A stretch of 64,000 nucleotides of DNA from an uncultured Candidatus Saccharibacteria bacterium (GTDB taxonomy: Bacteria; Patescibacteriota; Minisyncoccia; Phycocordibacterales; DATDWN01), in the NCBI GenBank assembly GCA_964576615.1, contig CAZNUU010000003.1, positions 6,523 through 70,522 of the forward strand, given 5' to 3'. Positions 39,385 through 48,338 of the stretch are shown piece after piece. The notes beneath the pieces are model-generated. The model was not told where the DNA came from, made no database searches, and saw only the letters and a list, made by a program, of their open reading frames with translations. The position numbers and the translations under genes are program-made. Position 1 is the stretch's first letter. Each line of letters begins with the position of its first letter.

Positions 39385-39684
39385 TTATGCCGCAGGATGA
39401 GCTAGTTCAAGCATTTCCTTCTTGAGCCCCGCAACCGTTTCCGCAACTAAAACATCAAAATTTGGAATCTTATCTCTTAGAAATGAAACTAGGTCAGCAT
39501 CGGAATCTAGAACCTTATCTAACTCCTTTTTGTCCTCGTCCGAAAGATAAGAGAGAGCAGCTAAACTTATCCTACTATGTAAAACTTCTTCCATCTGACC
39601 TATCATTGCGTCTCTTTGTTCCTTTGGCATTTGATCCAGTCCTAATTCTTGCACCAAATTAACATTTAACAAATCTGTAAGCAT
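39385..39684 (-). CDS. Small acidic protein, paralog of 29809..30126
   Basis: Alignable over ~85 aa. Confidence 0.5.
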   Translation of the reverse strand: MLTDLLNVNLVQELGLDQMPKEQRDAMIGQMEEVLHSRISLAALSYLSDEDKKELDKVLDSDADLVSFLRDKIPNFDVLVAETVAGLKKEMLELAHPAA

Positions 39685-39760
39685 ATTATTATTGTTATGA
39701 ATATACCTGAAGTATAAAGCTAGATTAAATCCTGGTAAAGGGAATTGTGGATTATCGATT

Positions 39761-39964
39761 TTATGAAGATTTATTTTTTTCTTTTAGGACTTTTACTTCG
39801 TTTTCAAGATCTTCCAGTCTTTCATGATCCGACTTGTGATGAGTCAGAGCTTTTTGAATAAAAGGCCAAATAAATATACCAATCACAACATCGAAAACTA
39901 CCATTAAAAAAACCTCAAATTCCCAGTGAGCTGGATCTTTTAGTAAGTCAAAAAATGTTTCCAT
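39761..39964 (-). CDS. Small membrane protein (1 TM plus charged coiled-coil tail)
   Basis: 67-aa low-GC ORF heading the locus. Confidence 0.4.
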   Translation of the reverse strand: METFFDLLKDPAHWEFEVFLMVVFDVVIGIFIWPFIQKALTHHKSDHERLEDLENEVKVLKEKNKSS

Positions 39965-40000
39965 ATAAATATTCTATGATAAAATTTTGCTGGAGGCGAC

Positions 40001-40240
40001 ATGCAAAGTGTACGGGAGCTCGTGCCCGATTTGGAAAAATGCGATAAGAACCCGGACCACCCCGGCGCGTTTTACCTGCCCCAGTACAAAACGCTTATAG
40101 AAATCGCGACGGGCCAACCAGTTACGGTGATTACTGCTGACCTGTTCGGCAAGAACCCCGAGTGCGTTTACACTCCGGAGTTGGCCGAGTGGCACCACAT
40201 TTCCAAATTCGAGCTCCCCAGCTCGACTAACACTGCTTAG
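40001..40240 (+). CDS. Hypothetical small protein (GC-rich cassette)
   Basis: GGAGG 4 nt from ATG. Confidence 0.5.
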   Translation: MQSVRELVPDLEKCDKNPDHPGAFYLPQYKTLIEIATGQPVTVITADLFGKNPECVYTPELAEWHHISKFELPSSTNTA

Positions 40241-40292
40241 TCGAGCTTTGTTAGTTAAGTAGAGAGCCCTGGACGAATCCAGGGCTCGAAGA

Positions 40293-40649
40293 CTACGAGG
40301 TTTTGATGCGGTAAATCCCAAAAACTCCCTCACCTCGGTAATCACACGTGAAATCAGCGTGCGTTCCAGAGAGCGCGTCGAGAGCTTCGTGCAACTGTCT
40401 CTCGAAGACTCTCACCGCATCGTTACCTATTTGGACGGAGTGGAAATGAACTGAGTAGATCACTGCCTCAGAGCACCCACACCGGATGAAGTTTAAAACC
40501 TGGCCTAGGGTATGCATCCAATCCTTTATGTTAGAGGTTGGATGGGCACCCGGCAAAACTACAGGTTGACCAACCGGAATCATGGTAACGTCATCACCTT
40601 GAACGATGAACTTCTGACCCTTCGCAGCGACCGGATTTTCATTGCGCAT
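40293..40649 (-). CDS. Hypothetical protein (GC-rich cassette), convergent with 40001..40240
   Basis: TTGACT-N16-TAAGGT; shared hairpin GAGCCCTGGA-cgaa-TCCAGGGCTC 40266-40289. Confidence 0.5.
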   Translation of the reverse strand: MRNENPVAAKGQKFIVQGDDVTMIPVGQPVVLPGAHPTSNIKDWMHTLGQVLNFIRCGCSEAVIYSVHFHSVQIGNDAVRVFERQLHEALDALSGTHADFTCDYRGEGVFGIYRIKTS

Positions 40650-40943
40650 CGTACTTCTCCACGCTTTACGCGCATCACCTGACTCGTGATTGAGTCTAGG
40701 CTAGGAATCTAAAGTCACCTTACAGCTAAATATTAAAAAGTCAAAATCAAAACCCGCTTTCGGCGGCCAGGTGCTATTATATTTATTTTTGCGTGCTAAA
40801 ATCTGAGCAAAATTTTTTGCTCAGAGGATTTTTGCTCAAGGTCGCGTATAAATTTAAAACTGGAGTCGGAGATGTACATTAGTACATTGACGATCCCAGT
40901 TTTAAATTTAGACGTTAGAGATTGAGTAAAAAGACCTGAGCAA

Positions 40944-41414
40944 CTACCAGGCGAAATGAGCGAAAGCTTTATTTGCTTCAGCCATTTTATGAGTATCCTC
41001 TCTCTTCTTTACCGCCTTACCTTCGTTCTTGGATGCCAAGATAATTTCGTCAGCTAGCTTGGATGCCATTGGTTTACCTTTTGCACTACGAGCAGCTTCG
41101 ATAATCCATTTCATAGAAAGTGCAGAGCGTCTTTCTGGTCTAACTTCGCGAGGAATCTGGTAGTTTGCTCCTCCCACTCGTCTAGATCTTACTTCTGTAA
41201 GAGGCCCTGTATTTTTTAGTGCAGCATCTAAAATTTCTAGAGGATTCTCAACTTTTGTTTTATCTTTTACCTCTTCTAGAGCAGAGTATACGATTTTTCT
41301 GGCGGTCTCCTTTTGACCTCGAAGCATTAGATAGTTAATAAACTTACTGATTTTTTCAGAATCGTATTTATAATCTTTCTTTACAATATTTCTGTTAGTA
41401 ACTTTTCTTCGCAT
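40944..41414 (-). CDS. rpsG: 30S ribosomal protein S7
   Basis: Sequence family. Confidence 0.92.
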   Translation of the reverse strand: MRRKVTNRNIVKKDYKYDSEKISKFINYLMLRGQKETARKIVYSALEEVKDKTKVENPLEILDAALKNTGPLTEVRSRRVGGANYQIPREVRPERRSALSMKWIIEAARSAKGKPMASKLADEIILASKNEGKAVKKREDTHKMAEANKAFAHFAW

Positions 41415-41463
41415 GGTTTTGATTAATTTGCTTCGGAATACCTCAGCACAAGTGTTCCCTTAT

Positions 41464-41874
41464 TTATTTCTTAGCTCTTTTTGCACCATAACGTGATCGT
41501 CCCTTCTTTCTGTTTTCAACTCCAGTTGCGTCAAGAACACCTCGTACAATTGTGTATCTGACCCCGACATCTTTTACCTTTCCGCCTCGTAGTAATACCA
41601 CGGAGTGCTCCTGCAAATTATGGCCCATGCCTGGAATGTAGGCTGTAACTTCTTGGCCGTTTGTAAGCCTGACTCTGGCAATCTTTCGAATAGCCGAGTT
41701 AGGTTTCTTGGGAGTCTTTGTGGTTACTTTGGTGCACACACCTCTTTTAAAGGGAGACGGATAAAAAACTGGTCGGTTAGTCAAGGTATTGAAACCACGC
41801 ATAAGAGCCACAGCTTTTGGCTTGGCTTTGAAGATTTTTCTCTTGCGTCTGACCAACTGATTTATAGTAGACAT
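41464..41874 (-). CDS. rpsL: 30S ribosomal protein S12
   Basis: Sequence family. Confidence 0.95.
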   Translation of the reverse strand: MSTINQLVRRKRKIFKAKPKAVALMRGFNTLTNRPVFYPSPFKRGVCTKVTTKTPKKPNSAIRKIARVRLTNGQEVTAYIPGMGHNLQEHSVVLLRGGKVKDVGVRYTIVRGVLDATGVENRKKGRSRYGAKRAKK

Positions 41875-41929
41875 CGCACGTTACTTTAATATAAGTATTC
41901 AAAAATTGCAATAAAAGAATTGAGCGCAG

Positions 41930-42110
41930 CCTTTTAGCTGCGCTCGGGTATGCCGCGGCCTTTTTAGGCGGTCGAGATTTGGGCTCTGCCAAGGAGGGAC
42001 TTACGAGCCACACTCAGTTGCCTGTCGGCGTTGGGCAGCCGGTTTGATACCGGCCTTTCTCTTGGATCATGCGGGCGCGCGATGAGCCGTGAGATGCTTG
42101 CTTCCATTTA
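41930..42110 (-). other. GC-rich structured leader / candidate sRNA upstream of rpsL: promoter-like TTGCAG-N15-TATATA, hairpins, terminator-like GAGCGCAGC-taaaag-GCTGCGCTC plus T-run before rpsL
   Basis: No convincing ORF (18-codon ATG frame only); GC-rich in AT-rich context. Confidence 0.3.
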
Positions 42111-42216
42111 TAAATATATAACAGTATTAATCGATCTGCAAGAAAAGTTTTCCACCTTTATAAAGAATCACCCAGCAGCTTTTTGAGCGGCTGGGTGACA
42201 GAAGGACCAGGTGAGA

Positions 42217-42774
42217 TCAAGCGGCCAGGAGCAAGCTCCAGGCAAGAGCATTCTCATCCTCCCTGCGTTGACGAGTGAGGGTCGAGAAGTCGTCGAGCAG
42301 ACTCTGTTTCCAGCCCATGAGCTTCACCAGAAGCATCCCGAGGGCCTCGTCGCCAATTTCCGGAAGGCCCGAGAAGGAAACGAGAATCTTGAACCTGCCA
42401 CCGAGCTCAGGAACGTCTGCGTACAAGATGAACGCCCCGCCATATGCCCAACGGCTACGCTCGCGGAACTGCCAGGAGCTGACGACTCTGTGGTCAAGCG
42501 CATGTTCCACCATGAGAGTACTGGCTTTGTGTCCCGATACGATTGAGCGGCGACCGAAGGCGTCCTCCTCCGCAGTGCCAATGTTGGACTTGAAGAATCT
42601 CTGCCAACCCTGAACTCCCTGAGTGGAATCAACCGCATAGAAGAGTTGGAGAACTCCGCCGGTCGCACCATTCGCCTCTTCGCGAAGGACCTCAAGTACT
42701 TTCCTGAGAGCCTCCAGCGCAACCGAAGAGATATTCCCCCACTCACGCTGTGAAAGACGCAGAACTACTGCCAT
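42217..42774 (-). CDS. Hypothetical protein, 185 aa (GC-rich cassette)
   Basis: TTGACT-N16-TAGTCT, GAGGTGA RBS; hairpin CACCCAGC..GCTGGGTG downstream. Confidence 0.55.
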   Translation of the reverse strand: MAVVLRLSQREWGNISSVALEALRKVLEVLREEANGATGGVLQLFYAVDSTQGVQGWQRFFKSNIGTAEEDAFGRRSIVSGHKASTLMVEHALDHRVVSSWQFRERSRWAYGGAFILYADVPELGGRFKILVSFSGLPEIGDEALGMLLVKLMGWKQSLLDDFSTLTRQRREDENALAWSLLLAA

Positions 42775-42845
42775 GTCACCTCACAATCAGATCAAGCTCA
42801 CTGCTTGTCTAAAAATAGACTACTATCGATTATTTAGAAGTCAAA

Positions 42846-43460
42846 TTAGGCAACCAAGCCAGTTATGAGATGAAATTCCCAGCCGACGAGAGGAATGATA
42901 AATTGCCAAAGGAAGAATATAAAAAATATTATGATAAAGATACTATTTCTTTCCAAAAAGTTTCGGATATTTTGCAAGTGGTATGGCAATACCGAGAAAA
43001 GAATCTTGGAACCATCCAAGGGTGGAATGGGAACTAGATTAAACGTAGCTAAAACAAGATTGATGAAAACAATTATGGTGGCAATGTAAACAAAGCCTCC
43101 CCCAAACTGCTGCAATACTCCAAAACGAAGAAGTAAGCCGAAGAAAAGTGCTAGCACTATATTAGATAGTGGCCCAGCAACTGCTACGATGGCTTCACCC
43201 CATCTCTGATTTCTCAAGTTATACGGATTAAAAGGCACGGGCTTTGCCCAACCAATAATAAATCCGCCGAGAAAATAAGACATGACAGGAAGGATAAAAG
43301 AGCCAAACCACTCTAAGTGATTTAAGGGATTTAGATTTAGTCTTCCAGCAAACTTGGCTGTATTGTCGCCTTGATAATATGCCGCATAACCATGAGAGAC
43401 CTCATGGATTATGACTGAGAAAATAAGAATTATTATTGAAAAAATTAAATCAATTTGCAT
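42846..43460 (-). CDS. Site-2 protease family (M50) membrane zinc metalloprotease, short form
   Basis: HEVSHG (HExxH) in TM helix, multiple TMs. Confidence 0.7.
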   Translation of the reverse strand: MQIDLIFSIIILIFSVIIHEVSHGYAAYYQGDNTAKFAGRLNLNPLNHLEWFGSFILPVMSYFLGGFIIGWAKPVPFNPYNLRNQRWGEAIVAVAGPLSNIVLALFFGLLLRFGVLQQFGGGFVYIATIIVFINLVLATFNLVPIPPLDGSKILFSVLPYHLQNIRNFLERNSIFIIIFFIFFLWQFIIPLVGWEFHLITGLVA

Positions 43461-43542
43461 GTATATCTTTCGCTAAGATGTTTTCGAAAACATCTTAGCT
43501 CGATTTGCTAGAGGAACTATTGCATGATAGCATAACTCTGCT

Positions 43543-43785
43543 ATGGCAAAACCTTGCCCAGTTACAAAAAAATCATCTCGCGTAGGCGGTGGCTATTCAA
43601 ACCGAACTCGTGCCACACAGTTTAATCCTACCGGAATGGTTCGAAAGTACCCTAATCTTCAGAAAAAGAAGATCTATATTCCTGAACTCAAAAAATCCAT
43701 CTCTCTAACTCTATCTACTAAAGCGATCAAAACTATTCAAAAGAATGGGGCTTTTAGAACACTCAAAGCTGCTGGAGTAATATAA
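43543..43785 (+). CDS. rpmB: 50S ribosomal protein L28
   Basis: MAKPCPVTKK...NPTGMVRKYPNLQ family. Confidence 0.8.
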   Translation: MAKPCPVTKKSSRVGGGYSNRTRATQFNPTGMVRKYPNLQKKKIYIPELKKSISLTLSTKAIKTIQKNGAFRTLKAAGVI

Positions 43786-43799
43786 CCGTTCGTGATTTC

Positions 43800-43968
43800 T
43801 TTCAAAAAGCAATCTGTCTAGCAAAGCTTTACTAGCGAACTTCTCGTCGCTCAAGAAAATAATGCGCAAATGAGATTGTGCTTTTCGACAAACTCGCTAC
43901 GCTCAAACAATGCCTTCAGCTCTCTCATTTGCTTTTATTTTCTAAGCTCCTGCGAAAGGCTTTTTGAA
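43800..43968 (-). repeat. Copy 2 (inverted) of ~165-bp repeat
   Basis: Reverse complement aligns with 31415-31582. Confidence 0.6.
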
Positions 43969-43983
43969 AGAAATCACTCACTC

Positions 43984-44220
43984 TTACAAATTTGAACGCC
44001 GGCTCGAATGAGCCGGCGTTACGAACTTCTCTGGATACATTTGAATCACTTCCCCAATCAAGGCCAGCATGAGTGAGCCGATGCAAAACATCGCCACCCA
44101 AAACTTGATCTCGATCGGTAGCCCTTTGCCTCTCAGGAGGGCCAAGAGGGTGATTCCGAAAATGATCCAGCAAGCGATTTCCATGCCCATCGCTCGAAAG
44201 AAAATCTCGTTTGCGTCCAT
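43984..44220 (-). CDS. Small membrane protein, 2 TM (GC-rich cassette)
   Basis: TTGACA(44260-44265)-N16-TACTGT, AGGAGG 5 nt from ATG 44220; terminator AACGCCGGCTC..GAGCCGGCGTT. Confidence 0.55.
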   Translation of the reverse strand: MDANEIFFRAMGMEIACWIIFGITLLALLRGKGLPIEIKFWVAMFCIGSLMLALIGEVIQMYPEKFVTPAHSSRRSNL

Positions 44221-44321
44221 CAGATCCTCCTTATATAACAGTAACACTCTAATTTTATTTGTCAAATATTACGATTTTGACTCCCAATCTAGGGAGAGTA
44301 GAATTATACCGGAGGCGTCCA

Positions 44322-44513
44322 ATGAAACTGCGACTTCTCTTACAGATCGCAAAAAACATTGGATACTTGTTTTCTTTGGACTTCTGGAGGTCTGCGTGGG
44401 TGGATCCGGAGACAGCAAGAACACTTGTCGTCCTAGTATTGTTTGTTGGATGTGCAGACATCCTGCGAATGATACTCATACCTGGATATCCAGGTTCTGA
44501 AGCCGCCGAGTAA
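44322..44513 (+). CDS. Small hydrophobic protein, 63 aa (GC-rich cassette)
   Basis: TTGACT(44277-44282)-N16-TAGAAT, GGAGG 6 nt from ATG 44322; divergent from 43984..44220. Confidence 0.5.
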   Translation: MKLRLLLQIAKNIGYLFSLDFWRSAWVDPETARTLVVLVLFVGCADILRMILIPGYPGSEAAE

Positions 44514-44567
44514 TTGGGCGGCTTTCCTCTTAAAATTGAACGACCAGCGAAAAGCTGGTCGTTTCAC

Positions 44568-44816
44568 TTACAGTACATCCTTCGGCTCGAGGCCAAGACC
44601 AACACAAAACTTGATGATGGTCTTGAGCTCAATGTTCTTAAGCCTGCCACCCTCAAGTTTCACGAGATAGGATTCTGAAACCCTGCAGACTCTCGCCGCA
44701 TGCGAGATGCTCATGGCCATCTCATCTCGCTTACACTTCACAGCATGAACGAATTTCTGCATCGAGTGAGCCGCATTTCTCCTGACCAAGTGGTCAAACA
44801 ATCTAAATGATCGCAT
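44568..44816 (-). CDS. XRE-family helix-turn-helix transcriptional regulator (GC-rich cassette)
   Basis: HTH_3 signature ISHAARVCRVSESYLVKLEGG; GGGAGG RBS; shares hairpin AACGACCAGC-gaaaa-GCTGGTCGTT (44530-44555) with 44322..44513. Confidence 0.6.
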   Translation of the reverse strand: MRSFRLFDHLVRRNAAHSMQKFVHAVKCKRDEMAMSISHAARVCRVSESYLVKLEGGRLKNIELKTIIKFCVGLGLEPKDVL

Positions 44817-44857
44817 GGATACCTCCCATATTCAAACTATCAGAAACCAGAAAAATA

Positions 44858-45781
44858 TCAAAACCTGCACCCAACAACTGCTTCCTTAATATTTTTATTT
44901 TTTAAAACAAAATTCTTGCCATCTGATTCAAAAGTAATTCGTCCATTGTTACATGTGTCATAAGCTGGGATATTTAGCTTTGCTGTTGTCTCCAGAGTCT
45001 CTTTGTGGGGATGACCGTACTCGTTATTTTGACCCGAAGACATAACCATCCATTTTGGATTAACTTCTTTTACATATTCTTCGGAACTCGAGGTGTGAGA
45101 TCCATGATGTCCGGCTTTTAAAATATCTGCTTCTAGACTTGTACCATCCAATCCCACAAGATAATGCTCAATTTTTGCCGTAGAATCACCCTGCAGCATG
45201 ACTGAAGTTCCGCCGTAAACAAGTTTCATAACAATTGAACCGTCATTTGTAGACATACCAGTAGGATCTCGGTCGGGAAATAGAACCTCGAGATAAGCTC
45301 CCCCACCTAGATCTATTTTTTCACCACGTCTTGCTAAAATTTTTGTGATTTTTTTGTCAGCGACCTCTTTCTCTAGAACATCGTAAGCTGGGTAATGAGC
45401 CTGTGTGCCTGGTTCCATAAAAACATCCGCGGAATATTTTTGCAGTAGGGGGATAAAACCAGAATAGTGATCAAGGTCGGGATTGGTGACAATTATCATA
45501 TCTATATGCCGGTCATACCAAGCCATAACGTGAGATATTTCCTTCATCAAATTTTTATTTGGACCACCGTCGATTAAAACCTGTGTACCTGTTGGTGACT
45601 CAATAAAAAGTGAATCCCCCTGACCGATATCCAGAACGGAGAAAGTAAGTAGCCCTTTATGGTCTTCATAATAAACTGCCCACCAGAGGACTGTGCTTAT
45701 TACAACTAGAGAAGCGAGAAGATAGGTTCGCCAATTCGCCTTAAAATGAGTTTGCATTATAATTAGTATACTAATTAACAT
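44858..45781 (-). CDS. ComEC/Rec2-type metallo-beta-lactamase domain protein (separate gene)
   Basis: VLDIGQGDS...DHYSGF MBL motifs, N-terminal TM. Confidence 0.65.
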   Translation of the reverse strand: MLISILIIMQTHFKANWRTYLLASLVVISTVLWWAVYYEDHKGLLTFSVLDIGQGDSLFIESPTGTQVLIDGGPNKNLMKEISHVMAWYDRHIDMIIVTNPDLDHYSGFIPLLQKYSADVFMEPGTQAHYPAYDVLEKEVADKKITKILARRGEKIDLGGGAYLEVLFPDRDPTGMSTNDGSIVMKLVYGGTSVMLQGDSTAKIEHYLVGLDGTSLEADILKAGHHGSHTSSSEEYVKEVNPKWMVMSSGQNNEYGHPHKETLETTAKLNIPAYDTCNNGRITFESDGKNFVLKNKNIKEAVVGCRF

Positions 45782-45796
45782 TTTTCTAATAAAACC

Positions 45797-46378
45797 ATGA
45801 AACCATTTGTCGAGAAAAAATTTAATATCCCAGAGTTAAAGGGAATCTCAAGAAAAACAATCGAAGAGCACCTAAAGCTTTACGCCGGTTATGTAAAACA
45901 CCTAAATTTGGTTCACGAAATAGTGGAAAACCAAGGTAATCCAGAGTATGCCAGACGCGAAACCTATAGAAGACAAGCTTTTGAATTCGATGGTATGAGA
46001 AACCATGAATACTACTTTGAAAGCTTTGAAGGCGGCCCTCAAAAAATATCGGAAGATTCAGATTTGTATAAAAAAATTGTGGACTGGTGTGGTTCATTTG
46101 AAACTTTTATGACAATTTTCAAAAACCTAGCTACGACACGTGGAGTGGGTTGGGCAATGCTCGGTTATGACAAAAAAACTGACAGGCTAATTCAATATTG
46201 GGTGGACGAACAACATTTTGGACATTTAACTGGAGTCTCTCCAGTTCTCGCCCTCGATATGTGGGAACACTCTTATGTTGCGGATTACCAGCCAAGCGGC
46301 AAAGCTCAATATGTTGCGGATTTTTTTGAGAATCTAAACTGGGGAAAGATTGAAGAGAATTTTAAGAATGCATTGTAA
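45797..46378 (+). CDS. sodA: Fe/Mn superoxide dismutase family protein
   Basis: C-terminal DMWEHSYVADY signature, NHEYYF. Confidence 0.7.
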   Translation: MKPFVEKKFNIPELKGISRKTIEEHLKLYAGYVKHLNLVHEIVENQGNPEYARRETYRRQAFEFDGMRNHEYYFESFEGGPQKISEDSDLYKKIVDWCGSFETFMTIFKNLATTRGVGWAMLGYDKKTDRLIQYWVDEQHFGHLTGVSPVLALDMWEHSYVADYQPSGKAQYVADFFENLNWGKIEENFKNAL

Positions 46379-46430
46379 AGATACTTGACTCTCTAATAAT
46401 TCATGTTACTATCATAGCTAGGAGGTTGGA

Positions 46431-46730
46431 ATGACGCTGTACCAGACAGTGAAGAATCGCCCACATCCCGATTGGGTCACGCAGCATGCTCGACTCGGCG
46501 CAGTTGCCGAGATCGAAGGACACAAGGCGGCAATCTTGGTCCTGGAGGAGTTCCTCAGGGACACCGATCCAGGGAAAGTGGCGACTTCGAAGACAAAAGC
46601 CCCTACGGAGAAGAGCGGGGGGCGCCGGCGAAAGGCGATGTCTGCCAAGAACCGTAAGGCCGTCTCAGTCCGGATGAAGAAGTACTGGGCCGACAGGCGG
46701 AAGGCCAAGAGGGCCTCTCGCAAGAAGTAA
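46431..46730 (+). CDS. Hypothetical protein with basic C-terminal tail (GC-rich cassette)
   Basis: TTGACT-N16-TACTAT, AGGAGG 5 nt from ATG. Confidence 0.55.
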   Translation: MTLYQTVKNRPHPDWVTQHARLGAVAEIEGHKAAILVLEEFLRDTDPGKVATSKTKAPTEKSGGRRRKAMSAKNRKAVSVRMKKYWADRRKAKRASRKK

Positions 46731-46769
46731 CAAGTTCGGCATCTGATCGCAAGGTCAGGTGCCGAATTC

Positions 46770-48338
46770 TCATTTATGCGAAAGTTTGTTTATGGAATAC
46801 AGACCGGCAACTACTGCCAAATATATAAAAACCAAAACAATCGGAGAAAAAGCAGGGAGACTTACAGCTCCAAACGGGAGACTCGCGCCGATATGAATTA
46901 TCTTTAGCTGATACCAGAGAAGCGCATAAGCAAAAAGAGCTGGGATAAAAGAAAGATAGAGAGAAATTGTTCCAACTAAGCCCGTAAGAAACCCCAGAAA
47001 CATTGTAAGTGGTACAACTCCTAAAATTAGAATATTTACCGGCAAAGAAACCAGAGAAAGTATGCCAGTATTGTAAATCAAAAATGGCAAAACTGTAATT
47101 TGAGTTGCTATCGTGCTTGAAACTATCTCGCCTAAAACTCCACTTTGTGGAGTTCGGCCGATCGATCCTTTGGATCGATTTAGGCGTAAGCCATATTTTT
47201 CGGTAACGAATTTTAGGTACGGTGAAATAATTGGCGAGACCCAGATAAGACCAATTGTCGCCAGGACAGAAAGCTGAAAAGAGGAATCGAAAACCAAAAG
47301 AAGCGGGTTTGGTGCAAGCATTAAAACAACAGCAAAACCCAACGCGCGACTAGCTTTGTAATCTCTGTTTAATTTCTTAGCCGAGAGTGCAACCAAAACC
47401 ATTATCGCGGCTCGCCAAGCTGATGCCCCTCCTCCAGAGAGAACTGTAAACAAAATTACAGCGATTGATCCGAAAACAAAGGAGAGATTTTGGGGCAGAA
47501 ATCTCAAAGCGCTCATTATACTGTTTGCAACAATTGCAATATTGTATCCAGAAAGAACAACCACATGGGAAACTCCAGCTCTTTGAAACTCGGTGAGTAA
47601 TTCTTTGCCTAACGACTGTTTTGCCCCCAAAAGAAGACCGGTCATGAAACTTGATTCTGGTTCAGGAAGTGCTTGACCCAGAGCATTTGTGAAAGCATTT
47701 TTGATTTTATATAGAATGCTTTTTATCCCTGAACCGTTGTTATGAGAAATTAGGGTAACCTTGTCGTATTTATTGTTACTGGTATACCAAATTCCTCTAG
47801 CTCGCAGATACCCACTGTAATCAAAAACTCTACCATCACTTGATTCGATGTTTTTTGGCTCTTGGAGCAAGAGGCTTAATCTAATTTTGTCACCATAAGA
47901 GAACTCGGGGTAAATCGGCACCGTGACTAAAACTTTTTCCCTAAATCCAGACGAAGTCTGGATCGGGCGACCATCTGCAGTCGCAGATGGTTTAGCCTCT
48001 ATTTCGGTAATCTGTAAAGTCAGTTTTGTATTATCTTCCCGCACATCTGGTTCAGAGGCAATAATCCCCTCGACTGAAACTTTTTGTCCCACGTAATCTT
48101 TGAGATTTGACGTTTGATAAAGATTAGAAAAATTTACTCTTACCGCACCAACAATAAATCCAACTAAAAACAATGATGTTAAAACCAAAACAAGCCTACC
48201 TTTTTGCTCTACGAAATATCTGTAGAGAAAGACTACTGCCGTGACAACAAGAAGGACAATGATTGATAAATATGAGAAATGAAAGAAGGATGCAACTGCG
48301 ACCCCACCTAAAAATCCGAATATAAAAGATAAAATCAT
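46770..48338 (-). CDS. comEC: Competence protein ComEC/Rec2, membrane channel portion
   Basis: Polytopic; competence-domain motif GVSHVVVLSGYNIAIVA. Confidence 0.7.
   Translation of the reverse strand: MILSFIFGFLGGVAVASFFHFSYLSIIVLLVVTAVVFLYRYFVEQKGRLVLVLTSLFLVGFIVGAVRVNFSNLYQTSNLKDYVGQKVSVEGIIASEPDVREDNTKLTLQITEIEAKPSATADGRPIQTSSGFREKVLVTVPIYPEFSYGDKIRLSLLLQEPKNIESSDGRVFDYSGYLRARGIWYTSNNKYDKVTLISHNNGSGIKSILYKIKNAFTNALGQALPEPESSFMTGLLLGAKQSLGKELLTEFQRAGVSHVVVLSGYNIAIVANSIMSALRFLPQNLSFVFGSIAVILFTVLSGGGASAWRAAIMVLVALSAKKLNRDYKASRALGFAVVLMLAPNPLLLVFDSSFQLSVLATIGLIWVSPIISPYLKFVTEKYGLRLNRSKGSIGRTPQSGVLGEIVSSTIATQITVLPFLIYNTGILSLVSLPVNILILGVVPLTMFLGFLTGLVGTISLYLSFIPALFAYALLWYQLKIIHIGASLPFGAVSLPAFSPIVLVFIYLAVVAGLYSINKLSHK

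Noticed and set aside
39974-40345. Minus-strand 123-aa ORF spanning the two convergent cassettes at 40001-40649
   Set aside because: Crosses the shared terminator hairpin and has no start signals; GC-driven spurious frame.
42275-42746. Two further long ORFs (42275..42613 +, 42324..42746 -) overlapping cassette 42217..42774
   Set aside because: High GC yields long open frames in all phases; only the 42217..42774 frame has promoter plus SD.
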